From NCBI GenBank assembly GCA_003551435.1, contig PUMQ01000021.1, positions 1 through 60,148 on the forward strand: DNA of 60,148 nucleotides, read 5' to 3'. The notes beneath the pieces are model-generated. The model saw only the letters and a program-made list of their open reading frames with translations. It was not told the DNA's origin and made no database searches. Below, piece by piece: positions 37,496 through 45,956 of this stretch; position 1 is the first letter of the stretch, and every line of letters begins with the position of its first letter. The position numbers and the translations under genes are program-made. The stretch is from Candidatus Nealsonbacteria bacterium. Lineage in GTDB: Bacteria > Patescibacteriota > Minisyncoccia > Minisyncoccales > PWPS01.

Positions 37496-37551
37496 CCCGG
37501 CTTTTTTATCAAACCCGATAAATATTCCCTCGCATTGAGTTTGCCGAATTG

Positions 37552-37622
37552 TTGCGGGGCCAGGATTCGAACCTGGAACTCAGGGTTATGGGCCCTAAAT
37601 GATACCATTTCACTACCCCGCT
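37552..37622 (-). tRNA. Initiator-type tRNA-fMet (anticodon CAT)
   Basis: Reverse complement AGCGGGGTAGTGAAATGGTATCATTTAGGGCCCATAACCCTGAGTTCCAGGTTCGAATCCTGGCCCCGCAA. It has three G-C pairs closing the anticodon stem (GGG/CCC) and an unpaired 1:72 position. Confidence 0.82.
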
Positions 37623-37666
37623 GTGTTCTTTTAACTCCCGAATGCTATCACAAAACGAAGAGAAAA

Positions 37667-38215
37667 TCAACCGATTATCTGCAGGTCTTTAAATGTTTCC
37701 TCGTAAACTGAGATAAGCTTGGCTGCTTCTTCTTTAGAAAGGCTTTTGTTGGGATCATACACAATATCCCTTCTCTCTTTGTGAGCTTTTCTCAACTCTT
37801 CAATGTTGTGGATAATCTCCTTGTTTAATCCCTCCAGTTTTTCCAACAAACCGTCATCTTCGTATCCCATTTGCGCTAAAACGTTATCAATCATGTCATC
37901 CGCCTGAATAACCGCCATTTTTCTTTCGGACTCGCTTTCGCTTTTTGCCTGCTTCTCAACCTCGCTCCAGTCTTCTTCAAGCTTTATCGTAGAATAGGGT
38001 TTTGACTTTAAAAGTTCAGAATATCCTTCTTTAAACCGGACCGTTAAGTAGTCGTTTACGGAAACCAGATAAAGGAGCAGTCCGACAAAAAAAACGGATA
38101 CTCCGACAAAAATTATTCGCGTTATCTGCCAAAAAGTATAGAACCCGGGAGAGATAAGTTCGGGATTAACAATGTATTTATATACTTCTTGAAAAGCCTC
38201 TCCTAATGTTTCCAT
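37667..38215 (-). CDS. Hypothetical small membrane protein
   Basis: 182-aa ORF with one or two N-terminal TM helices (FYTFWQITRIIFVGVSVFFVGLLLYLVSV). It overlaps the gatA stop by 13 nt, which suggests co-translation. Confidence 0.55.
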   Translation of the reverse strand: METLGEAFQEVYKYIVNPELISPGFYTFWQITRIIFVGVSVFFVGLLLYLVSVNDYLTVRFKEGYSELLKSKPYSTIKLEEDWSEVEKQAKSESESERKMAVIQADDMIDNVLAQMGYEDDGLLEKLEGLNKEIIHNIEELRKAHKERRDIVYDPNKSLSKEEAAKLISVYEETFKDLQIIG

Positions 38216-39588
38216 ATTTTCTCAAATTTTTTAGCGGCGAAAAATAAAATGTCCTCATTAAACCTATCTGCCAAAACCTGCGCTCCCACAGGAAAGTTTT
38301 CTTTTTCCCCGCAAGGGAGTGTAATGGCGGGGAGCCCGGCAAGATTGGCGGTTACCGTAAATATGTCAGACAAGTGCATTGCCAACGGATCTTTAATCTT
38401 CTCCCCTATTTTAAAAGGAAGAGTGGGGGTTGCCGGCGTAAGAATCGCATCAACCTTTCCAAAAGCTTCTTTAAAATCTTTGGCGATGAGCGATCTTATC
38501 TTCTGGGCTTTAATGTAATAGGCGTCGTAGTACCCGGCCGAAAGAGCGTAGGTTCCCAAAATAATCCTTCTTTTTGCTTCTTTTCCAAAACCTTCCCCTC
38601 TGTTGTTAATATAAGCGTCGTGAATCGTTTTTGCCGCCGGCCTTTCAAACTCTAACCCGTACCTCATTCCGTCATAGCGTGCCAGGTTGGCAGAGACCTC
38701 GGAGGCCATAATAATCTCATAAGCGGGAAGAGCGTATTCCGTGTGAGGAAGATTTATTTTCATTACTTCCACTCCCGCTTTTTCAACATCGGAAACGGCC
38801 TTTTCCACCGCCTCCTTCACCTCATTACTGATTCCTTTTACAAAATACTCCTCAGGAACTCCCACTTTTATGCTTTCGCGGGATATTTTTTTCCGAACAA
38901 TGCTTGTGGTAACCGAATCCCGGCTGTCTTTTCCGGAAATAGCGTTAAAGACAATTTCCGCATCTTCCACTCCGGATGTAAAAGGACCCACCTGGTCAAA
39001 AGAAGAGGCCATCCCGATTACTCCGTGCCGAGAGACCGCACCGTAGGTCGGTTTAAATCCTACTACTCCGCAAAAGGCGGCTGGCTGTCTCACCGAACCT
39101 CCCGTATCCGACCCTATGCCTGCGTTACACATTCCGTCTGCCACTGCCGCCGCACAACCTCCTGAAGACCCGCCGGGAACCCTTTTAATATCAATCGGGT
39201 TTCTGCTTGGTCCGAAAAAAGAGTTTTCCGTAGAAGATCCCATCGCAAACTCATCCATATTCCCTTTCCCGATAAAAACTCCTCCGTTTTCCCTGATCTT
39301 TTCAATAACGGTAGCATCAAAAGGAGCTATATAGTGCTCTAATATTTTAGAGCCGGCAGTACACCTTTCCCCTTTTATTAAAATATTGTCTTTCACGGAA
39401 AAAACCGCTCCGTACAGGGGAAGTTTTTCATCCTTTTTCTTAATCTCATCTGCCGCATCCTGAAAAACGGAAAGGAAGGCGTTTATTTCTTTGTTCCTCT
39501 CCTGAATGCGCGAAAAAAAAGAAGAAACAACATCCTCCGGAGCAATCTCTCTCTTTCTTAACTTCTCCTGAGTTTCTTTGATTGTCAT
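38203..39588 (-). CDS. gatA: Glu-tRNA(Gln) amidotransferase subunit A
   Basis: Amidase signature GGSSGGCAAAVA...GSDTGGSVRQPA. Confidence 0.95.
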   Translation of the reverse strand: MTIKETQEKLRKREIAPEDVVSSFFSRIQERNKEINAFLSVFQDAADEIKKKDEKLPLYGAVFSVKDNILIKGERCTAGSKILEHYIAPFDATVIEKIRENGGVFIGKGNMDEFAMGSSTENSFFGPSRNPIDIKRVPGGSSGGCAAAVADGMCNAGIGSDTGGSVRQPAAFCGVVGFKPTYGAVSRHGVIGMASSFDQVGPFTSGVEDAEIVFNAISGKDSRDSVTTSIVRKKISRESIKVGVPEEYFVKGISNEVKEAVEKAVSDVEKAGVEVMKINLPHTEYALPAYEIIMASEVSANLARYDGMRYGLEFERPAAKTIHDAYINNRGEGFGKEAKRRIILGTYALSAGYYDAYYIKAQKIRSLIAKDFKEAFGKVDAILTPATPTLPFKIGEKIKDPLAMHLSDIFTVTANLAGLPAITLPCGEKENFPVGAQVLADRFNEDILFFAAKKFEKIWKH

Positions 39589-39866
39589 AATATTGATTCC
39601 ACTTTTAAGTAGTCATCTTTATCCTTTCCCATGGCCATCATTTTTTTTCTCGTCTCTTTGTCGGTCGTCTGCGATTTATCTTCCCGCACTACGTTTTTAA
39701 GATCGGGAAAATGAAAAAGAGGCTCCGTTTTTTCCGTATCTACGTTACTGAGTTTTTGGATGTAGTCCAGAATTGATTCCAATTCCCTGGGAACATCCGC
39801 CACTTCTTTTTCGGTGAGTTTGATCCGTGCGAGAAAAGCCAGTTTTTTTATCTCTTCTTTTCTCAT
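39585..39866 (-). CDS. gatC: Asp/Glu-tRNA amidotransferase subunit C
   Basis: 93 aa reading IKKLAFLARIKLTEKE...LESILDYIQKL. ATGA overlaps link it to both neighbours. Confidence 0.88.
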   Translation of the reverse strand: MRKEEIKKLAFLARIKLTEKEVADVPRELESILDYIQKLSNVDTEKTEPLFHFPDLKNVVREDKSQTTDKETRKKMMAMGKDKDDYLKVESIL

Positions 39867-40924
39867 AATGTTTGTTTTGGAGGTTCAAGATCTTTGGTCT
39901 CCAAGAAAACCTCCGTATACTTATCCAGGTGTTCTAACGCATATCCCGCTCCCCGCACTACCGCGGTAAGAGGATCGTCTCCTATCTGCGTTTTAATCTT
40001 AACCTCTTCCTGGATCAGTTCATCAAGCCCCTTGAGCAAACTTCCCCCTCCCAGAAGGTATATTCCTTTGGACATTATGTCCGCCAAAAGTTCCGGAGGA
40101 GTCTCCTCTACCGTATTTTTGATAGTTTGTACGATTTCCTTAATTGACTTGTCCATCGCCCGGCGGATATCTTTGTCAGTAACGGTTACTTCTTCGGGAA
40201 GGCCGGTAACAAGGTTTCTTCCCTTTACTTTCGCCTCTTCCTTCTCTTTTAGGGGCAAGGCCGATCCTATTTTTATTTTTATATCTTCCGCCGTTCTCTC
40301 GCCAATAAGCATTCTGTACTCTTTTTCCGCAAAATTAACGATATCCTCATTTAACTTATCTCCCGCAACACGTAAACTCTTTGAAAGAACTATTCCTCCT
40401 AAAGAGATTACCGCCACTTCCGTGGTTCCTCCGCCGATATCGACAACAAAGTTACCGCCCGGATCTTGGATGGGAAGGCGGACTCCGATAGCCGCCGCCA
40501 TCGGTTCTTCAATAAGATAGATTTTACCGGCACCGGCATTTTTCCCCGCATCTTCCACCGCCCTTCTTTCTACTTCCGTAACTCCGCAAGGAATTCCGAT
40601 AACCACCCTAGGACGAGCATGCAAAGGAAAACTGTTCTCATAGGCTTTTTCTATAAAGTAGCGGAGCATTTGCTCTGTGACATCAAAATCAGAAACCACT
40701 CCCGAGACAAGGGGCCTTGTGGCTACGATATGCCCGGGTGTTTTTCCCACCATTTTTCTTGCTTCTTCACCAATTGCTAAAATTTGACCCGTTTTATTGT
40801 TTACGGCCACAACAGAGGGCTCGGACATAGTAATCCCTTTTCCTCTTATGTAGACAAGGCAGTTGGCCGTCCCCAGATCTATCCCTATATCCAGGGAAAG
40901 TTTACTCCATAATTTCTTGAACAT
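39863..40924 (-). CDS. mreB: Actin-like rod-shape protein MreB (paralog 1)
   Basis: DIGIDLGTANCLVY, EPSVVAV, IEEPMAAAIG, DIGGGTTEVAVISLGGIV and GGGSLLKGLD. Confidence 0.93.
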   Translation of the reverse strand: MFKKLWSKLSLDIGIDLGTANCLVYIRGKGITMSEPSVVAVNNKTGQILAIGEEARKMVGKTPGHIVATRPLVSGVVSDFDVTEQMLRYFIEKAYENSFPLHARPRVVIGIPCGVTEVERRAVEDAGKNAGAGKIYLIEEPMAAAIGVRLPIQDPGGNFVVDIGGGTTEVAVISLGGIVLSKSLRVAGDKLNEDIVNFAEKEYRMLIGERTAEDIKIKIGSALPLKEKEEAKVKGRNLVTGLPEEVTVTDKDIRRAMDKSIKEIVQTIKNTVEETPPELLADIMSKGIYLLGGGSLLKGLDELIQEEVKIKTQIGDDPLTAVVRGAGYALEHLDKYTEVFLETKDLEPPKQTL

Positions 40925-42146
40925 ATTTTACAATCTCACTTTTTTTAACAAGCACTGTTTTTTCCTCGTTTCTTCTTTTTATTTCCACAGAATCACTCTC
41001 CAGGGTTTTTTTACTCACTATTACCCGAAGAAAAGCGCCTATAAGATCGCTTTCGGCAAACTTTTCTCCCGGACTTTTTTCCCTGTCGTCAAAAAGAACC
41101 TCAACTCCCGCTTTAAGAAAACTGTTATATATCTTCTCTGTCTCTTCTTCCGCAGAAAGAGACAGAAGATGTACAGTGTAGGGGGCTATGTTTTTCGGCC
41201 AGACAATACCTTTCTTATCGGCAAAAACTTCCACCACCGTTCCCATAACCCTGCTTATGCCTATCCCGTAACATCCCATAATTACCGGTTTATCGTTTCC
41301 TTTTTCATCTTTATAGGTAAGCCCGAAAGCATCGGAAAACTTGGTGCCCAAGGGAAAAATATTTCCCACTTCAATCGCTTTTTTTACCTGTAAGTCTTTT
41401 TTTTGCCTGCCGCATTTCGGACAAGCATCAACCTCTCCTATAATTTCTTTGTTTACGGCATTATTACACTCCCCACAAAGATATATTTCATCTTCTCCCG
41501 CCGGAGAAACAGTTTGGAATTCATGAGAATACTTAGAAAAGGTCCCTCCGGATGCAAAAGTGAAATAAGTACAGTCCCCAATTCCCAGTTTTTTGTAAAT
41601 ACTATGATAAGTTTCTTGAGATTTTTTATAATAACTGTCAAAGCACTCCTCTGTAGCGTGAAAAGAGTAAAGATCTTTCATGAGGAATTCTCTTCCCCGT
41701 AAAATCCCCGATTTTGCCCGAGGTTCGTTGCGAAATTTAGCCTGGATTTGAAAAATTCCATGAGGAAGATCTTTATAAGAAGAGACAAACCGTTGAAAAA
41801 GAGGCACCACAATTTCTTCGTGGCTTTGTCCTAAGACAAGATCTCCTCCGCCGTTCAGCTTAGTATGAAAAAGAACATCTATTTTATCTCTTCCTGTGGT
41901 TTTGTAGTTTTCAAGCGGATGAATAGCGGGCATAAGAACTTCTTGAGCTCCAAGAGCTTCACACATCTCTTTTCTAACGATATTTTCTATCTTCTTTAGT
42001 ACCCTGAGCCCTAATGGCAGAAAAGAGTATACACCGGCCATTTCCTTGTTTATAAATCCCCCTCTCAACAGAAGTTGCGCGTTAAGAGAAACTTCCTCAC
42101 TGGAAACTTCTTTTCTGGTTTTCGTAAAAAGCTTTGATTGTCTCAT
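40902..42146 (-). CDS. proS: Proline--tRNA ligase, minimal bacterial type without the INS editing domain
   Basis: The class II core reads MRQSKLFTKTRKE, FRNEPRAKSGILRGREFLMKD, GGTFSKYSHEF. The CGEC...CPKC insert (41412-41477) occupies the position where INS normally sits. The anticodon-binding C-domain is present. Confidence 0.9.
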   Translation of the reverse strand: MRQSKLFTKTRKEVSSEEVSLNAQLLLRGGFINKEMAGVYSFLPLGLRVLKKIENIVRKEMCEALGAQEVLMPAIHPLENYKTTGRDKIDVLFHTKLNGGGDLVLGQSHEEIVVPLFQRFVSSYKDLPHGIFQIQAKFRNEPRAKSGILRGREFLMKDLYSFHATEECFDSYYKKSQETYHSIYKKLGIGDCTYFTFASGGTFSKYSHEFQTVSPAGEDEIYLCGECNNAVNKEIIGEVDACPKCGRQKKDLQVKKAIEVGNIFPLGTKFSDAFGLTYKDEKGNDKPVIMGCYGIGISRVMGTVVEVFADKKGIVWPKNIAPYTVHLLSLSAEEETEKIYNSFLKAGVEVLFDDREKSPGEKFAESDLIGAFLRVIVSKKTLESDSVEIKRRNEEKTVLVKKSEIVKYVQEIME

Positions 42147-42158
42147 AAAATAAATAAA

Positions 42159-43241
42159 TTATCCTCCTAAGATCCACAACACGTCTCTGTAGGTCACAAA
42201 CAGAATAAGCCCGATAATAAGAAGGAAGAAGAAAGCGGTTAATCCTTGTTCCACTTTTTCTGAAACAGAGGCTCCCTTTACCCTTTCTATGGCCAAAAAA
42301 ACCAATCTCCCGCCATCAAGCGCCGGAATAGGAAGCAGATTGAAAACAGCTAAGAAAATGGTTATCATGCCTACAAAATGAAGAAACATAGAAAATCCCT
42401 CGGCAACAAATCCCGCTCCGTAATGAACGATTCCCACCGGCCCTCTTACTTCTGCTCCCCGGGGAAGAGACCCTTCGGTGGCAAGAGAATGAAAAAGCAT
42501 TCCCAGATTCCGGAAAACCATCACCGTGCTTCCCGCCGTCATTTTTGCTCCCTGAACAGGGGCATAATAAAGAGGTACACTCTCTTTGGCCATTAGGGCC
42601 ATCCCTATGCCCAAGGCTCCCTCTTTTTCGTCGTACTCTTCTCGAGGAGTAGCAGACAAGTAAATGCTCTCCCCTCTCCTTCTTATCTCCAGCTCTACCT
42701 CCTCTCCTCTTTTTTCTTGCAAGAGAGAGATGGCTTCTTCCGGCATCTTGATTTCCTTTTCTCCTATTTTGAGAAGTTCATCACCCGGCTCAATGCCCGC
42801 CTTTTCTGCCGGTGAATTCTCCATTACTTCCGAGACAACAATCTGCCATTCTTCATATAACCCTTTTTCAATATCTTCGCTGCTTACCCCGGTGCGGTAG
42901 CCGATAAAAGAGAGGGCCGAGAAGATAAAAAAAGCAATAACAAAAAAAGCGGCCACTCCTCCGAAAACAATAAGCGCTCTCTGGTAAACAGGTTTAGAGG
43001 AAAAGCTTTTCTTATCATCAATTTTTTTGTCCTCTCCGTAAAGCCTTACAAAGCCCCCCAAGGGAATCAGGTTTAGAGAGTAAATGGTTTCTCCCACCTT
43101 CTTTCCGAAAAGACGCGGGGGTATGCCGATACCGAATTCTTCAACCTTAACACCGTATTTTTTGGCAAGCAAAAAGTGTCCCAACTCGTGAAGGGTTATT
43201 AAAACTACCAGTGCTATTATGATAACTACTACAGGGGGCAT
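42159..43241 (-). CDS. rseP: Site-2 (M50) zinc metalloprotease RseP-like with PDZ domain
   Basis: HELGHFLLAKKYGV (HExxH), a PDZ-like segment (SPAEKAGIEPGDELLKIG) and LNLLPIPALDGG. Confidence 0.9.
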   Translation of the reverse strand: MPPVVVIIIALVVLITLHELGHFLLAKKYGVKVEEFGIGIPPRLFGKKVGETIYSLNLIPLGGFVRLYGEDKKIDDKKSFSSKPVYQRALIVFGGVAAFFVIAFFIFSALSFIGYRTGVSSEDIEKGLYEEWQIVVSEVMENSPAEKAGIEPGDELLKIGEKEIKMPEEAISLLQEKRGEEVELEIRRRGESIYLSATPREEYDEKEGALGIGMALMAKESVPLYYAPVQGAKMTAGSTVMVFRNLGMLFHSLATEGSLPRGAEVRGPVGIVHYGAGFVAEGFSMFLHFVGMITIFLAVFNLLPIPALDGGRLVFLAIERVKGASVSEKVEQGLTAFFFLLIIGLILFVTYRDVLWILGG

Positions 43242-43337
43242 AATAAATTAACTTATGGCCTATGGCCTATAAATAATAACGACATTTAACACTTGTTTAT
43301 CAATTAAATTGTCAATTGTTGGCTGTTATGTTATTGG
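43242..43337. repeat. Intergenic element A (family with 49569-49688 and 34126-34191)
   Basis: ttatggcctatggcctataaataataacgacatttaacacttg...aattaaattgtcaattgttggctgttatgttattggtta aligns with element B over most of its length. It fills the whole frr-rseP spacer. Confidence 0.55.
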
Positions 43338-43898
43338 TTAACCCTTTATTTCTTTTTCCCTCCTTTCCGCCATCTCTTCCAGTTTCTTATTGTATTCGTC
43401 AATAAGCCGTTGCAGCTCGTCTTTTCCCCTGAATTTGTCGTCTTCTCCTATTTCTCCGCTTTGTGTCATTTCTTGAATTTTTTTCCAGGCCTCCTCCCTG
43501 GCACGCTTTAAAGAGACTCTGGCATCTTCTTTCTTCCCGGAAAGAAGCTTTAGAAGATTTTTCCTGTACTCCTCTGTAAGGGGAGGAAGGGTGATGCGAA
43601 TGGCACTTCCTTCTATCGCCGGACTGAGCTCCGCTTCCGACTTCTGGAGGGCAACCACAATATCTTTTATGTAATTTTTATCCCACGGCTGGATAAGTAT
43701 TTGCCTCTGCTCGGGGCAGGAAATAGCCGCCAATTGCTTGAGGGGCAAGCGTTGATCAAAGCAGTCAACCACAATATCCTCAACCAAAGAGGGAGTAGCC
43801 CTATCGGCTCTTATTCTCTTTAGCTCTTCTGAAAAGTGCTCAACGGATCTCTCCATTTCGGGCTTTACGGATTCAATAATTTTTTTATATTCGGACAT
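43338..43898 (-). CDS. frr: Ribosome recycling factor
   Basis: 186 aa reading ...FSEELKRIRADRATPSLVEDIVVD...ITLPPLTEEYRKNL. Confidence 0.94.
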   Translation of the reverse strand: MSEYKKIIESVKPEMERSVEHFSEELKRIRADRATPSLVEDIVVDCFDQRLPLKQLAAISCPEQRQILIQPWDKNYIKDIVVALQKSEAELSPAIEGSAIRITLPPLTEEYRKNLLKLLSGKKEDARVSLKRAREEAWKKIQEMTQSGEIGEDDKFRGKDELQRLIDEYNKKLEEMAERREKEIKG

Positions 43899-43968
43899 AT
43901 ATTTGGATATAATTTATAATTTTATTAATTACCAGCCGCTTTTCATTTACCGTTTGTTGCCTGTTAAA

Positions 43969-44841
43969 TTATATCTTGGTTGCTATTTTTTCCATAGCGA
44001 TTTTCATATTTATATTTGTCTTTACCCGCAAAAGAAGAATCTCTTCTATTTCTTTTATTATTCCGCAACAACAAGCAGTATTTTCTCCTTTTCTAATATT
44101 ATCTATCATTTTCTCCCGCATCAGTCTCAGCCAAGAGTTCAAAAACTCTTCTTCCCTTTCTTCCTGAACTACTTTTTTTATTACCGAAAAACGAAAAGCC
44201 ATATCTTTATCCAAAAAGGCCTTAAGCTCTTTTCCCGTCTCTTCTACTTCTTTTACTTTTTCGGGAAAATGCAAGCAATCTATCGCCGCTCCCGGTCTCC
44301 CGAGAGACAGTTCGGCTGTTTTTCGGTGTTCAAGTGCCTTTTTTATTTCTTCTTCCGGGACAAAAGAAAAACGAACCTCAAAGACCCTCGACAGAACGGT
44401 AGGCAGAAGAAGATGGGGGTACTCGCTGATAAGAATTATTACCGTGTCCTCTGACGGCTCTTCAAGTGTTTTCAAAAGAGCATTTTGGGCTTGGATATTT
44501 GTAAGGTGGGCATTGTCCACAATAACCGCTTTAAAACACGCCCTTACCCTTCTATATCCGGCTTTCTCTATTACTCCTTCTATCTGTCCAAGCCTTATCT
44601 CTCCTTTCTCGGGAAAAACTTCCAAAATATCGGGATGTATTTTCATCTCTATCTCATTACAGCTCCTACAAGTCCCGCACGGCCGGCTTTTCCCTTCGCA
44701 GTTTATCATTTTTAAAAACCAAAGCGCAAACGTCCGCTTTCCCACTTTTTCGGGTCCGGAAAACAGAAGAGCGTGGGGAATTTTACCTTTTTGGGCAAGT
44801 AATCTCAATTTTTTTTGTTGTTCTCCGTGTCCGATAAGCAT
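43969..44841 (-). CDS. holB: DNA polymerase III delta-prime subunit
   Basis: HALLFSGPEKVGKRTFALWF and C..C.SC zinc-module-like CGTCRSC. The first ATG (44841, MLIGHGEQQ) is preferred over TTG at 44871. Confidence 0.8.
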   Translation of the reverse strand: MLIGHGEQQKKLRLLAQKGKIPHALLFSGPEKVGKRTFALWFLKMINCEGKSRPCGTCRSCNEIEMKIHPDILEVFPEKGEIRLGQIEGVIEKAGYRRVRACFKAVIVDNAHLTNIQAQNALLKTLEEPSEDTVIILISEYPHLLLPTVLSRVFEVRFSFVPEEEIKKALEHRKTAELSLGRPGAAIDCLHFPEKVKEVEETGKELKAFLDKDMAFRFSVIKKVVQEEREEEFLNSWLRLMREKMIDNIRKGENTACCCGIIKEIEEILLLRVKTNINMKIAMEKIATKI

Positions 44842-44907
44842 AATCTTTGGCTTGTGACCTACAATCCACAACCTACGGCACTTTACCTATTTACCGTTGG
44901 CCAATTA

Positions 44908-45909
44908 TTATTTGCTCATAATGCTTCTTTTGTAAGCATCCAGGTTGTCCAAAACAATTCCTGCTCCTTTGGCCACAGAAAGAAGCGCATCTTCCGCAAT
45001 AAAAGAAGGGACTCCTGTTTTCTCTGTAACAAGTATATCGATATTATCCAGAAGCGACCCCCCTCCGGTAAGAACCATCCCTTTATCCATGATATCCGCC
45101 GAAAGCTCCGGGGGTGTTTCACGCAACACCTGTTTTATAACTTTTATTATTTCTCCCAGTGTTTCTTCTATTGCTTCGCATATTTCATTAGAAGAAATTT
45201 TAATCGTTTTCGGAAGCCCGGAAACAAGATCTCTGCCTCGAACTTCCATTGTTCTTTCTTCTTTTTCTGAAACCGCTGTCCCAATGTTTACCTTCAGGTC
45301 TTCCACGCTTTTTTCTCCGAGAGCCACATTGTACTTATTTTTCACATAAGTGGATATATTAACGTCCATGCTGTCCCCTGCTACCCTAACAGAGCGGGCA
45401 ACCACTATGCCACCAAGAGAAATTACCGCAATTTCACTGGTTCCTCCTCCTATATCAACTATCATATGGCCGGAACAAGACTCTATGGGGATGCCGGATC
45501 CGATAGCGGATAAAATCGGCTCTTTAACGGTATAAACGGCGCGAGCTCCGGCGGACATTCCCGCTTCTATTACCGCTCTTTTTTCCGTTGAGGTTATCCC
45601 TGCCGGAACACCGATCATCACCTCCGGCTTGATAAATCTTATTCCGGGAGCTCTTTCCATAAAATACCTGAGCATCGCCTCGGTTATCCGGTACTCGGCA
45701 ATAACTCCGTCCCGAAGAGGGCGGTAAACTCTTATCTCATCGGGAGTCCTTCCTGTCATCTCTTTGGCCTCTCTCCCTACTGCAAGAATGCGATTCTCGT
45801 GGACGGAAACGGCAACAACGGAAGGTTCGTTTAAAATAATTTCCTTTCCCGGAGCAAAAACAAGCGAGTTACAAGTTCCCAGATCAATTCCTATTTTTCT
45901 TGAAAACAT
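44908..45909 (-). CDS. mreB: Actin-like MreB (paralog 2)
   Basis: IGIDLGTCNSLVF, EPSVVAVS, VKEPILSAIG, DIGGGTSEIAVISLGGIV and GGGSLLDNID. Confidence 0.92.
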   Translation of the reverse strand: MFSRKIGIDLGTCNSLVFAPGKEIILNEPSVVAVSVHENRILAVGREAKEMTGRTPDEIRVYRPLRDGVIAEYRITEAMLRYFMERAPGIRFIKPEVMIGVPAGITSTEKRAVIEAGMSAGARAVYTVKEPILSAIGSGIPIESCSGHMIVDIGGGTSEIAVISLGGIVVARSVRVAGDSMDVNISTYVKNKYNVALGEKSVEDLKVNIGTAVSEKEERTMEVRGRDLVSGLPKTIKISSNEICEAIEETLGEIIKVIKQVLRETPPELSADIMDKGMVLTGGGSLLDNIDILVTEKTGVPSFIAEDALLSVAKGAGIVLDNLDAYKRSIMSK

Positions 45910-45956
45910 AGTGTTTTAAATTTGACGTATATCAGATAGCGGCCAACCGCCGGCAA

